This document shows positions 28,287-38,900 of a stretch of 64,000 bases of DNA, piece after piece. The DNA lies in NCBI GenBank assembly GCA_945903305.1, contig CAMDOA010000001.1, positions 16,892 through 80,891 on the forward strand. Direction: 5' to 3'. Position 1 is the first letter of the stretch. The number at the start of each line of letters is the position of its first letter. The stretch is from Chitinophaga pinensis (GTDB lineage Bacteria > Bacteroidota > Bacteroidia > Chitinophagales > UBA10324). A model generated the notes under the pieces. The model saw only the letters and a list, made by a program, of their open reading frames with translations, did not search any database and had not been told where the DNA came from. Position numbers and translations under genes: made by a program.

Positions 28287-28799
28287 ATGGCATTACCGAT
28301 TAACATTCAGTTTACTTACTCAGCAGAAAATTTGCAGGCAGCAAACAAGCTTCATTACAAAAAAAATTATCCGGTTCGCGGGCGCATTTTATTGTGGTTC
28401 GGAATTTTGTTGATTTGGACAGGCGTGCTTTTCATGATGATGAAAGGAATTGCAGGACACGAACTAATGATTTACACTTTTGTAGCTTATGGTATTTTAG
28501 TAATTGGCGTTCATTTTTACATTATGAATACATTGGGAAAGCGCTTATTCAAAAAACATAAAAACAATTTACATCCAATAGATATTGAAATTACCGAAAA
28601 TAATATTCGCCTCGCTGCGGATGATAAATCGGCAACAGTAAAATGGAACGAAATAATAAAAGCTACCATGAAGGAAAACATTGTGCTGGTATATATCAGT
28701 AAAATGTCATTCTATATTTTTCCGAAAGAAAATTTTAAGGAAAATGAATTTGCTGAATTTGTCGAGTTGGTGAAGAAAAAAATTACTGAAATCAACTGA
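28287..28799 (+). CDS. YcxB-like membrane protein
   Basis: 170 aa. Two central TM helices (ILLWFGILLIWTGVLFMMM and YTFVAYGILVIGVHFYIM) are followed by a C-terminal domain ending ...IVLVYISKMSFYIFPKENF, as in YcxB-family proteins. Confidence 0.5.
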   Translation: MALPINIQFTYSAENLQAANKLHYKKNYPVRGRILLWFGILLIWTGVLFMMMKGIAGHELMIYTFVAYGILVIGVHFYIMNTLGKRLFKKHKNNLHPIDIEITENNIRLAADDKSATVKWNEIIKATMKENIVLVYISKMSFYIFPKENFKENEFAEFVELVKKKITEIN

Positions 28800-28823
28800 A
28801 AAAAACTTCTCTCTGAATTTATT

Positions 28824-30689
28824 TCAATACTTCAAATACGCTTCAAACAAAGTTTGCAGGTAGGCTTTGGCAGTATCTAAGGAAGAGTGAAGCGAATCAG
28901 TCGAATTATATGGCCACGACAAATTTTTAAAAGTGTTACTGTATGCAATGGTGTCATTCCGGCTAACCCAACCAAAACCATCATCGAAAGAATAGTATGT
29001 GAAATTTTTTTCTGAAGTATTTAACAAATTTTTACTCCAGACAAAATCTTCAGCATTAATTTCCAATTGATGAAGCAGAGTTGAAGCAATATCAGTTTGC
29101 GAACCGATTGATGAAATTCTTTTTCCTTTTAAACTATCATTCAAACCGCCACCCGCCATTATCATTGGAATGTGATGAACAGAAGGCATGTATGTTTCCC
29201 GATTATATGGATAGCGATGGCCATGGTCGGAACATAAAATAAAAACAGTGTTTGCGTACCAGGGTTGTTTTTTTGCTTCGTTAAAAAATTCGCCTATCGT
29301 TTCATCAGTATAATAACAAGCACTCTTAAATTTTTCTGCTGCATCGTTGCCCGGAAATTTTGGGTTGGTGGGAATTTCATACGGTTCGTGACTGGTGAGT
29401 GTGATAAGATAACTAAAAAACGGAGATTTCAATTCGTTGATTTCTTTTATAGCACGCTGAAACATAACTCCATCATACACTCCCCATTTTGAGGTGCGGT
29501 CTGAAATAGCAAAATCATTTTCAGTAATTATTTGTTCAAAACCATTGTGCACCACAAATGCTTTCATGTTGCTGAATAAAATATCGCCTGCATAAATCAG
29601 TTGCGTAATATAACCCGCCTGTTTTATTTTTTGTGTGATGGTTGGTAATTTTTCCTGCTTCTCTGTATTCCAGATAATGCTCACATTCGGCTGTGCCGGA
29701 AAACCCGAAAGCATGGCAACCAATCCCTGATCGGTGCGGAAACCGCTTGCATAAATATTTTCGAACAACAATCCTTCGCTGATAATTTTTGAAAGTTTTG
29801 GTGTAAGTCCTTCCATGCCACCCAACTCTTTCACTACATCTGCACCATAACTTTCAATCTGAATTACAATAATATTCGGTTTATCCGTTTTAAATATTCT
29901 TAATGAAGAATCTATTTTCGATTGATATAAATCTGCCACCAATGATTTTGCTTTTTCATCACTCATGAATTTATATGGATTGTGATTATCATATTTTCTT
30001 ATGTTGATGATGGATTGAATGGCATACCAGGTTGAATTAATCGCTGCATGATTGGCAAAAGCATTTTGCGAAAAGTAGGCGCTGCTTTCATTTAACGGGG
30101 CAACCTGCCAACCGCCTCGAATGCCAAGAAAAGCAAATCCGCTCATCAGTATAAAGTACGGAACATTCAGCCACCTGATTCCGCCGATCGCAGATGCAAA
30201 TTTTTTGTTGCTTAAATATTTAGCCGCATACCACCCATAAATAATATGTGCAATAATTATAAGTATATACAACCAAACCGGGGATGCACCTGCTGATGCC
30301 ATCATCTCTTTCGGAGTTAAAATATTTTGAATCGCTCGCACATTCAACTTGGTGCCCCAGTTTTCATAAATTCCTAAATCGCCAACGAACAATAATCCGA
30401 TTATAAAAAAAATAATTGGCAAATAAATTTTAAAAAACAAAGGCATCATTCTCTTTTCAATCAATAATTGAATTAAAAAGAAAACGAGTGGAATAGTTAT
30501 CAGATAAGAAGTTAAAGAAATATCCAACCACAAACCATAAGTGAAAACGCCAATGATATCAGAAAATGAAAGCTTCGAAGTTTTCTGAAAAAAGTAGAGG
30601 AGAAATATTCCTTTCTCCAAAATGAAAAGGAGTAATAAAACTGCCAGCCAGATAATTGCAAGTGATAACCATCTCTTCATGTTTTGCAA
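28824..30689 (-). CDS. LTA synthase family / sulfatase-like membrane phosphotransferase
   Basis: 621 aa. About 5 N-terminal TM helices precede an extracytoplasmic alkaline-phosphatase-superfamily domain (NIIVIQIESYG..., ...FILCSDHGH). Confidence 0.8.
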   Translation of the reverse strand: MQNMKRWLSLAIIWLAVLLLLFILEKGIFLLYFFQKTSKLSFSDIIGVFTYGLWLDISLTSYLITIPLVFFLIQLLIEKRMMPLFFKIYLPIIFFIIGLLFVGDLGIYENWGTKLNVRAIQNILTPKEMMASAGASPVWLYILIIIAHIIYGWYAAKYLSNKKFASAIGGIRWLNVPYFILMSGFAFLGIRGGWQVAPLNESSAYFSQNAFANHAAINSTWYAIQSIINIRKYDNHNPYKFMSDEKAKSLVADLYQSKIDSSLRIFKTDKPNIIVIQIESYGADVVKELGGMEGLTPKLSKIISEGLLFENIYASGFRTDQGLVAMLSGFPAQPNVSIIWNTEKQEKLPTITQKIKQAGYITQLIYAGDILFSNMKAFVVHNGFEQIITENDFAISDRTSKWGVYDGVMFQRAIKEINELKSPFFSYLITLTSHEPYEIPTNPKFPGNDAAEKFKSACYYTDETIGEFFNEAKKQPWYANTVFILCSDHGHRYPYNRETYMPSVHHIPMIMAGGGLNDSLKGKRISSIGSQTDIASTLLHQLEINAEDFVWSKNLLNTSEKNFTYYSFDDGFGWVSRNDTIAYSNTFKNLSWPYNSTDSLHSSLDTAKAYLQTLFEAYLKY

Positions 30690-30767
30690 AACAAACTATT
30701 GCCAAATGATTTCCAATTCTTTCTGCCAACATTATTACCAAAGTATAAATGGTTGGCTTCTTCATTC

Positions 30768-30775
30768 TATTTTTG
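30768..30775 (+). promoter_or_regulatory. -7 box (TATTTTTG) upstream of rpoN
   Basis: Exact TAnnTTTG followed by GCGGG, 20 nt before ATG 30796. Confidence 0.4.
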
Positions 30776-30795
30776 GCGGGTGATTAAACGATTGT

Positions 30796-32343
30796 ATGCT
30801 TAAACAAGGAATGCATCAGAAGATGTTTTTGAAAATGTCGCCGCAACAGATTCAGTTAATGAAACTGCTGCAGATTCCTGCGGCAAATCTGGAAGAACGG
30901 ATTAAAGAAGAGTTGGAGGCGAATCCGGCATTGGAAGAAGGCGCACCGGAAGAAGCCGATGAAAAAGAATCGGTGAACAGTGAGGATGATGTACCTGAAG
31001 AACCAACAGAAGAAATTCCGGAAATTGTAAATGAAGAAAAAGCGGAGAAGGACGACACTATTGATGATGATACTACTGAAGATATAACTGATACTTCGGT
31101 TGACGATACTGAGGTAGATATCAGCGATTACATGGATGAAGATGAGGTGGCAGATTACAGAACACGCGGAGATGCCTATTCTGAAGACGAAGAAAAACAA
31201 GGAGTGCCCATTCCGGTTCAACGCAGTTTTCATGAATATTTAGAAGAACAAGCGGGCATGCTGGAGTTGCAAGAAGAAGATTTGGAATTGGTGCATTACA
31301 TCATTGGAAGTATTGATGAAGACGGATACCTGCGCCGGCCGATTGATGCAATGGTGGATGATTTAAGTTTCTCCCAAAACATTATAACCACTTACGAAAA
31401 ACTTGATGAACTTTTAAAAACTATTCATTTGCTTGATCCGCCTGGAGTGGGCGCTCGTGATTTGAAAGAATGTTTGTTATTGCAACTGAAAAGAAAACAA
31501 GCTGAAACAAATACCGAAATTGACAAGCTCGCCATTCGTGTGGTCACCGATTATTTTGATGAGTTTGTAAAAAAGCATTACGACAAACTTCAAAAACATT
31601 TAGAGATAGACGATAAGAAATTCAAATTGGTGATGAATGAAATCATTCACCTGAATCCCAAACCCGGAAGCGCGTTTGCTGAAAGCATCAATACACAATC
31701 ATTTATTGTTCCTGATTTTTTTATTACGAATAACGACGGCAAACTGGAAATCACTTTGCACAATATGAACATTCCTGAACTTCGAATCAGCAATGGATTT
31801 AAAGCAATGATGAAGGATTATAAAAAGAGTGGTGATAAAAAATCGAAGGAGGCGCTAATCTTCATCAAGCAGAAAATGGATTCGGCAAAATGGTTTATTG
31901 ATGCTATTACGCAACGATACAACACACTTTATTCAGTGATGCACACCATCATGGAATACCAATACGAATTTTTTCTTACCGGCGACGAAACACAAATGCG
32001 CCCGATGATATTGAAAGATATTGCCGAACGAATCGGTATGGATATTTCAACTATCAGCCGTGTGGCGAACAGCAAGTATGTGCAAACAGAATTCGCTACT
32101 TACAAATTGAAATTCTTTTTCAGCGAATCATTGAGTACTGATAGCGGAGAAGAAGTAAGTACCCGCGAAGTGAAAAAAATTCTCAGCGACCTCATTGACT
32201 TAGAAGATAAAAAGAAACCATTGGCTGATGAACGACTCACTGAATTGCTCCGTGAAAAAGGGTACAACATTGCTCGCCGTACTGTTGCAAAATATCGTGA
32301 GCAGTTAAATATTCCTGTTGCCCGATTGCGCAGAGAGCTCTGA
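30796..32343 (+). CDS. rpoN: RNA polymerase sigma-54 factor
   Basis: 515 aa. Region I is LSPQQIQLMKLLQIP, region II is strongly acidic, and there is an HTH plus the RpoN box ARRTVAKYRE. Confidence 0.95.
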   Translation: MLKQGMHQKMFLKMSPQQIQLMKLLQIPAANLEERIKEELEANPALEEGAPEEADEKESVNSEDDVPEEPTEEIPEIVNEEKAEKDDTIDDDTTEDITDTSVDDTEVDISDYMDEDEVADYRTRGDAYSEDEEKQGVPIPVQRSFHEYLEEQAGMLELQEEDLELVHYIIGSIDEDGYLRRPIDAMVDDLSFSQNIITTYEKLDELLKTIHLLDPPGVGARDLKECLLLQLKRKQAETNTEIDKLAIRVVTDYFDEFVKKHYDKLQKHLEIDDKKFKLVMNEIIHLNPKPGSAFAESINTQSFIVPDFFITNNDGKLEITLHNMNIPELRISNGFKAMMKDYKKSGDKKSKEALIFIKQKMDSAKWFIDAITQRYNTLYSVMHTIMEYQYEFFLTGDETQMRPMILKDIAERIGMDISTISRVANSKYVQTEFATYKLKFFFSESLSTDSGEEVSTREVKKILSDLIDLEDKKKPLADERLTELLREKGYNIARRTVAKYREQLNIPVARLRREL

Positions 32344-32951
32344 TGAAGACCGCGGCTAAATTTTTTACTTATGTATTTCACCCGTTGTTTCTACCGACTT
32401 ATTCGTTTGCATTGGTCATTTATACCAATCCGTTTTTATTTGGCAACTATGGTTCTTATACCTGGATTCCAATACTCAAAGTTTTTCTGAATACTTTTTT
32501 ATTTCCTGTTTTCAGTTTGATGGTCATGTACCAGCTTGGCTTTATAAAATCATTTATTATGGACGATGCTAAGGAGCGAATCATTCCTTACATCAGCACT
32601 TTGGTTTTTTATATCTGGACTTTTTCTGTTTTCCGCAACAGCGGCGATCCATTATTGCTGAGTGTGATCATGCTTGGTGCTTGTTTATCAGCGAGCGCAG
32701 CTTTTGTAATAAATCTATTTCGCAAAATAAGTTTACATGCAACCGGCATGGGCGCATTGCTCGGATTGGCATTTGGCAACGCCTTTTTTTCTGCCCATGA
32801 TATTATTCCATCATTAATGCTTGTAGCAATTATTGCGGGTGCAGTAGGAACCAGTCGTTTAATTCTTAACGCACACAAAGATGCTGATGTTTATCTCGGA
32901 TACTTTGTTGGTTTTATGCTGCAGGTAGTAGCTTTCCGATTGACTTTCTGA
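32343..32951 (+). CDS. polytopic membrane protein, PAP2-like phosphatase candidate
   Basis: 202 aa with about 6 TM segments. The C-terminal motif SRLILNAHKDAD fits the PAP2 C3 motif SR-x5-H-x3-D. The upstream motifs are degenerate. Its start overlaps the rpoN stop (TGATG). Confidence 0.45.
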   Translation: MKTAAKFFTYVFHPLFLPTYSFALVIYTNPFLFGNYGSYTWIPILKVFLNTFLFPVFSLMVMYQLGFIKSFIMDDAKERIIPYISTLVFYIWTFSVFRNSGDPLLLSVIMLGACLSASAAFVINLFRKISLHATGMGALLGLAFGNAFFSAHDIIPSLMLVAIIAGAVGTSRLILNAHKDADVYLGYFVGFMLQVVAFRLTF

Positions 32952-32953
32952 TA

Positions 32954-33883
32954 TTAATAATTTACAACCACCTTTTTTATCTGCTGCTTTTCTCCCTTCA
33001 CCACTTTTATTAAATAAACACCTTTACCAATATCTCTTAATTTTAAAGGAGTTTCAATATCCAATAATTCTTCGGTTCTGATTTCCGCTCCTGAAATAGT
33101 ATAAATAGTGAGCTTCGAACTAATAAATTCAATACTGTTTAATGAAAGAAAAAGCAAGTTATTAACGGTTTTAATTTTATACAAATCTTTATCAGCAGTT
33201 TTAATTTCTGCAACAGAAGTTGGAAATAGTTGACCAGCTAAAATCTGGCTATCGGGTTCGGCATTGTATGCATAATCTTTTATTGTGAATGACCAATCAG
33301 TGGCAATGGTGTCAACATCAAGTCGAGCCCAACCATAATAATTTGAAGCGCCAATCTTAAATTTTAACCCTAGAAATTTATCCTGTGCTCCCAACCAATT
33401 ACCAAGCACTATCCCATAATTAGGAACACTTGCTGCCATTATCATTGAAGCATTAAAACTTGAAGTTGAACTCGAAGAGGAAAAAGATGAATCGGAACAT
33501 GCCTGCCATTCTTGATTGACACCAATCGTGTCGCCCATTGCATGTGCATTTGCCATATAAATATTTGACCCGGAAAAAGAGATAATGCTTCCCATTACAG
33601 AATTTCCAACAGGTCCGGCTGCCCCAACAGCTTGTATTGAACCTGAACTTGAACTTGAGCTTGTGCTGGAACCTGAATATTTTAAAAGTCTGATTTTAAA
33701 ATCATTTTGTCCATCGTTATTTAAATCAAGACCATACATTCCAAAATTTTGGTTGAATGTGGTATCCGGAATCACATCAGTATAAATGATCTGCCCGTTG
33801 GCTTCATTTCTTCCTGCTAAAAAAGCTGTTGCAAGTGTTGTGTAAGCTGAAATCTTTTTTGCTAATGATGGGGAAATTTGCAT
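32954..33883 (-). CDS. secreted protein with a T9SS C-terminal sorting domain, unknown function
   Basis: 309 aa. The N-terminus is IIYTDVIPDTTF...LDLNNDGQNDF. There are Ser-rich tracts, and the C-terminus is LTIYTISGAEI...GVYLIKVVKGEKQQIKKVVVNY. Confidence 0.6.
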   Translation of the reverse strand: MQISPSLAKKISAYTTLATAFLAGRNEANGQIIYTDVIPDTTFNQNFGMYGLDLNNDGQNDFKIRLLKYSGSSTSSSSSSGSIQAVGAAGPVGNSVMGSIISFSGSNIYMANAHAMGDTIGVNQEWQACSDSSFSSSSSTSSFNASMIMAASVPNYGIVLGNWLGAQDKFLGLKFKIGASNYYGWARLDVDTIATDWSFTIKDYAYNAEPDSQILAGQLFPTSVAEIKTADKDLYKIKTVNNLLFLSLNSIEFISSKLTIYTISGAEIRTEELLDIETPLKLRDIGKGVYLIKVVKGEKQQIKKVVVNY

Positions 33884-33991
33884 CCTGATAATTTTTTACG
33901 AATGTAATTGATGAAATTTAAATAGGAAATAATTTATTCGGAATGGTTGTGACAATTTTCAGTTTATTTTCGACCACGAAAAATTTTTAGA

Positions 33992-34774
33992 ATGGCATTC
34001 AATACAATTCTACTTGAAATAAAAGATGGCGTAGGAACCATCACACTTAATCGCCCTGATGTATATAATGCATTCAATGACGAAATGAGTTTTGAATTGC
34101 AGGATGCTTTGAAGGAAGCAGAAAAAAATAAAGAAGTAAGAGTGGTTATTCTCACGGGAGCAGGAAAAGCATTTTGCTCAGGTCAGGATTTGAAAGCCGC
34201 TGCAGCAGCAGGTAACCGGAGTTTTAAAGAGTCACTCGACAAAAGATATAACCCAATTATACGCGCCATGCGTAATATGCCGAAGCCGATTATATGTCGC
34301 ATGAATGGTGTAGCTGCCGGTGCAGGTTGTTCAATCGCACTTGCATGCGATGTAATTGTTGCTACTGAAAATGCGACACTCATTGAAGTATTTATCAATG
34401 TTGGATTAGTGCCTGATTCGGGTTCCACCTTCTTTTTACCTCGTGTGGTTGGTTTAGCAAGAGCATTTGAATACAGCACCATGGGAACAAAAATTACAGC
34501 AACAGAAGCCGTACAAATGGGAATGGTAAACCGCGTTGTGAAATTGGAAGAGTTAGATAGTGAAGTAAAAAAATTCACTGATTACTATTCGAACGCTCCA
34601 ACAAAAGCAATCGGCTTAATAAAGAAAATGCTGAACCGTTCTTACAATTCTGATTTAGAATCCATGTTGGAATACGAAAGCTATTGCCAGGAAATTGCCG
34701 GCAACAGTGCTGATAACAAGGAGGGTGTTACTGCTTTTATTGAAAAAAGAAAGCCGGTTTTTAAGGGAGAGTGA
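33992..34774 (+). CDS. enoyl-CoA hydratase/isomerase family protein (PaaG-like)
   Basis: 260 aa. Crotonase-fold motifs are present: ILLEIKDGVGTITLNRPDVYNAF, LTGAGKAFCSGQDL and GVAAGAGCSIALACD. Confidence 0.88.
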   Translation: MAFNTILLEIKDGVGTITLNRPDVYNAFNDEMSFELQDALKEAEKNKEVRVVILTGAGKAFCSGQDLKAAAAAGNRSFKESLDKRYNPIIRAMRNMPKPIICRMNGVAAGAGCSIALACDVIVATENATLIEVFINVGLVPDSGSTFFLPRVVGLARAFEYSTMGTKITATEAVQMGMVNRVVKLEELDSEVKKFTDYYSNAPTKAIGLIKKMLNRSYNSDLESMLEYESYCQEIAGNSADNKEGVTAFIEKRKPVFKGE

Positions 34775-34824
34775 TATAAATTCATTAATAAATATTTTGG
34801 TTTTTAAAAATCAATTACCCTGAT

Positions 34825-35916
34825 TTATAGTTTTTCATTTTTGATAATTCTTGTTGGATGCGCAATCATTGCGCCATGTTTCTGAATGGTTTCCAATATC
34901 ATAAAATTAATTTCCTCTTTGCGCTTCATAAACAAAATATATTCAGTTTGCGGTAAAAAATATTCAATCATCAGGTTAATTGCGCTTTCATTAAACGAGT
35001 CAAATCGAACAAAATTCTCATCAGGCATTTCTGTTTTTGTGTCAAAATAATTTTGTATGTCACAGATTATATTTTTTAATTGATCGGTGCTTGTATCATA
35101 ACTTAAACCAACTACCATATTCACCCGCCGATGAGTTCGTAAGGTGAGATTATCGACACTTGAGTCGGTCATTTTTTTATTCGGAATGGTGACAAATGTT
35201 TTTTCCGTTGTGCGTAATCGTGTGCTTCTGAAACCCACTTTCTCCACCGTGCCGGTTACCTCTCCCACTTTTACAATATCGCCAACCGTAAACGGGCGAT
35301 CTAAAAAAATAGTAATTGATCCAAATAAATTAGCAAGCGTATCCTGTGCGGCAAGTGCAAGCGCCAATCCGCCAATTCCTAAACCGGTTAATATTCCGGC
35401 AACATTGAAGTGAAGTATTGCGCCAAGAATTATTCCGGTGCTTATTAATACCACAAAAATTTTCAGCATGTCTTTGATGAATGGAACCAGCTGATCGTCC
35501 ATTTTTGATTCAGTAAGTTCTGCCCGATCCTTTAAAATGATGGTGATAAAATCAATCACACGCAACAGCACCCAGGTAAATGTGAGGGCAATAACAGTGG
35601 CGAGTAATCGAGATAAAATTAATTTCAGGCCCGTATCAAAAATTTCCATCTGCCATGCATTCGGAAATTTTAATAATTGAAAGGTGAATGAAGCAGTTAA
35701 TAAAATTATTAACCATGAAGCCGGACGAAAGATGAGTGCATTAAATTGTTTCACTCTGTTTTCGCGTGTGTACCGGCGAAAAAAATTATAAATCAAAGTG
35801 CCAAGCAATCCGGATAAATATCTCTTAAATAAGAATACAACTATCAGAATTCCGAAGAACCATGCGTATTGTTCAACTGAATTGTCAAGTATTTTTTGCG
35901 ATAGAAATTCTTTCAT
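34825..35916 (-). CDS. mechanosensitive ion channel (MscS family)
   Basis: 363 aa. TM helices are followed by the MscS beta-domain motif RPFTVGDIVKVGEVTGTVEKVGFRSTRLRTTEKTFVTIPN. Confidence 0.88.
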   Translation of the reverse strand: MKEFLSQKILDNSVEQYAWFFGILIVVFLFKRYLSGLLGTLIYNFFRRYTRENRVKQFNALIFRPASWLIILLTASFTFQLLKFPNAWQMEIFDTGLKLILSRLLATVIALTFTWVLLRVIDFITIILKDRAELTESKMDDQLVPFIKDMLKIFVVLISTGIILGAILHFNVAGILTGLGIGGLALALAAQDTLANLFGSITIFLDRPFTVGDIVKVGEVTGTVEKVGFRSTRLRTTEKTFVTIPNKKMTDSSVDNLTLRTHRRVNMVVGLSYDTSTDQLKNIICDIQNYFDTKTEMPDENFVRFDSFNESAINLMIEYFLPQTEYILFMKRKEEINFMILETIQKHGAMIAHPTRIIKNEKL

Positions 35917-35989
35917 TGAATGGGCGGTAAATCAAGAATGCAAAAATAGAAGTGAATGCCGGAAATAATTTTATTGCGGAATGAAAATA

Positions 35990-38900
35990 TCAATTTCCCC
36001 CAATCTGATTTCCATCACACTCAGTATCGCACTCATAAAGCAAATTGAAGTTATGATTTAACTCCTGCGGGCGCTCACCATTTTTAATTGCTTCAATCAT
36101 TTTATTAATCAGTCGTGTGCGTTCTGATTTTATGAAGTCGCGCTTTTGCTGGTCGAGCTGCAAACTAAAAAAACAAATTCCATCTACAAAAGTGTATTCA
36201 GGTTTTGAATAAATACTGAGCGGATTATTGTTCCACAAAACAAGGTCGGCATCTTTTCCGGTCTTGATACTTCCGACTTTACCATCCACATGCAACATCT
36301 TCGCGGGATTGAGTGTGCAGAGTTTCCACGCTTCCATTTCACTGAGCCCACCGTATTTAATTGACTTTGCCGACTCCTGATTCAGGCGGCGCGCCATTTC
36401 TGCATCATCAGAATTTATTGCGGTAACCACACCGACTTTAGTCAATATTGCTGCATTGTGCGGAATGGCATCATACACTTCGTACTTGTATGCCCACCAG
36501 TCAGAAAACGAAGAAGCAAATACACCGTGCTCCTTCATCTTGTCGGCCACTTTGTATCCTTCAAGTATGTGAGTGAAAGTGTTCATCTGAAAGCGCATGC
36601 TGTCGGCTACTTTCATCAGCATATTTATTTCGCTCTGCACATACGAGTGACAGGTGATAAATCTTTTTGCATAAAGTATTTCTGAAAGCGCATCCAATTC
36701 CAAATCGCGACGAGGTGCTGTAAGTGTTGTTTTATTTTTTACAGAAGTTAAATTCCATTTATCCCAATCACTTTGATACTTGCGCGCACGGATAAATCCA
36801 TCGAACATCATTTGCTCCACACCCATTCGTGTTTGCGGAAAGCGGACCGTGTTGCGGTCGCCCCAATTTGATTGCTTCACATTTTCGCCGAGTGCAAATT
36901 TTATAAAGCCGGGCCAGCCACCGAATTTCATTTGCTCAGGCGCATAACCCCAGCGGAGTTTTATCAATTGTGTTTGCCCGCCAATTGCATTTGCCGAGCC
37001 GTGCAATAAGTGAGAGGTTGTAACACCACCCGCAAGGTTGCGGTAAATATTTATGTCTTCCGAATACACCACATCACCAATGCGAACTTCGGATGTAATG
37101 GATTGCGTTCCTTCATTCACTCCCTGCGAAATAGCAATGTGCGAATGCTCGTCAATAATTCCTGATGTCAGAAATTTTCCGGTCGCATCAATTACTCTTG
37201 CATTTTCAGGCGAAGAAATATTTTTTTCGATTTGCTGAATCTTTCCATTGCTGATCAATACATCTGTGTTGAGCAAAATACTATCGGCTTCATTCGTCCA
37301 CACGGTAGCGTTTTTGAAGAGAACAGTTTCTTGTTTCGGAATTGTATCCCATCCATATGCGTTGAATGGATAAATCACTTTCCCGAATTCGGGTTTCTTG
37401 ATTTCTTTTTTTGCAGAATCACTTTTCGCCTTTGCATAAACTGTTCTTGTTGCTGTCCATACAACATCATTTCCTTTCGGGTCTAAACCTTTTCCCTGCC
37501 ATTTTTCATTAGAGATAAATCCATTCAGCCGATACAATTGTTTAGAAGAATCTTTCGGCATAGCGAACGAAAGCGAAATGAGATTATCATTGAGTGAAAA
37601 TTTTACATCTGCTTTTGTTGAATCGTGAAATTGCAATTGCCCGGAATTGGAAGAAGGATTTTCAATGGTGAGTTTTATTGCACCCATTCTGTTCAAGGTG
37701 AAATTGTATTCGCCTTTCATTGATGAAATTTGCTCGTCATTCACACGATACATTTTTCCTTTCACCCAATTCTGATAAATAATATTTTCATCATTGAAAA
37801 TGGAATCGGAACAAATGATAAAATTCGCAAGCTTGCCTTTTTCTAATGAACCTAAATTGTTCCACTCACCTGAAAGCTGTGCAGGAGTATAAGTGAGTGC
37901 CTTCAGTGCATCCGATTCATTCAAACCATAAGCAATGGCCTTGCGCAAATTTTTCCAGAAGGCATCATCACTGCATCCTTGCTTCGTGATGCAAAAATTT
38001 ATTCCTGCTTTATTGATTCGAAAAAGATTGGCAGGCGCTTGTTCCCAATTCATTAGCTCTGAAAGTGAAATCAAATCAGCATCGTTCGGGTCGTTAACAT
38101 TGTATGGTTTTGGGAAATTGATGGGAACAATAAGTGCATTGCCTGCGACTTTTATTTCATCCAATCGTTTGTATTCATCTCCAACTCCTTTGATAATAAA
38201 TTTAATTCCGAACTCATCGCCAATTTTATCGGCACGCAAAACACTGAGGTCATTATCCACCTGAAAAATTTGTGGAAGCGATAATTGATTATACAGCGCT
38301 TCGAGCGAAATATTTTTTTCATCCTGATTGCCTCCGGATTTATACCACTGTGCATCATAAAATGTTTGTCGCATCAAAGCAATGCTACCCATGAGCGACG
38401 AAGGATAATCCTGCGTGCTTGTTCCTTTATTGAACGAATAAAACGAAGCCACATTTCCACGCAACAACATTTCATTGTCGCTTTCATTTCCTGCAAGTAC
38501 CACTGCACCGGTGCCACGCATAATTCCATCCATGCGATGAGTGAGCACCGCACCGAAACCAAGCGTGCGTAAACCCGCTGATTGCTTTTCATCTCCATGA
38601 AAAAAATCAGCTCCATTCACTTCCGGCATAATTGCCTGATTCCAATTGTATGCGCCTGATTTATTACTCAGAAATTGTGGTCCGCGCTCATTTGGCCTTG
38701 ATTCTGTTTTTGCCATTCCATAATCGCTGAACAAATCAATGAACGACGGATAAATAAATTTTCCCTTGCAATCAATCACGGTTACACCGGCAGGAATTGT
38801 AACTGTATTTCCAACAGCAACAATTTTTCCATCATGAATCAGCATCGTTGCATCACTCAAAAATGTTTGGTAGTCAACCGTAATGGTTGCATGCGTAAAT

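Noticed and set aside
30940-31200. Extremely acidic stretch of about 90 aa in RpoN (EEADEKESVNSEDDVPEEPTEE...DEDEVADY).
   Set aside because: It corresponds to the variable acidic region II of sigma-54. It is in frame, with no sign of insertion boundaries or repeats at the DNA level.
33400-33680. Ser-rich low-complexity tracts (SSTSSSSSSGS, SSFSSSSSTSSF) in the 32954-33883 T9SS cargo gene, and the KDLKDNKDLKDQ mini-repeat in sprA (about 49890-49940).
   Set aside because: These are short in-frame linker-like repeats typical of secreted Bacteroidota proteins. Nothing suggests a separate element.
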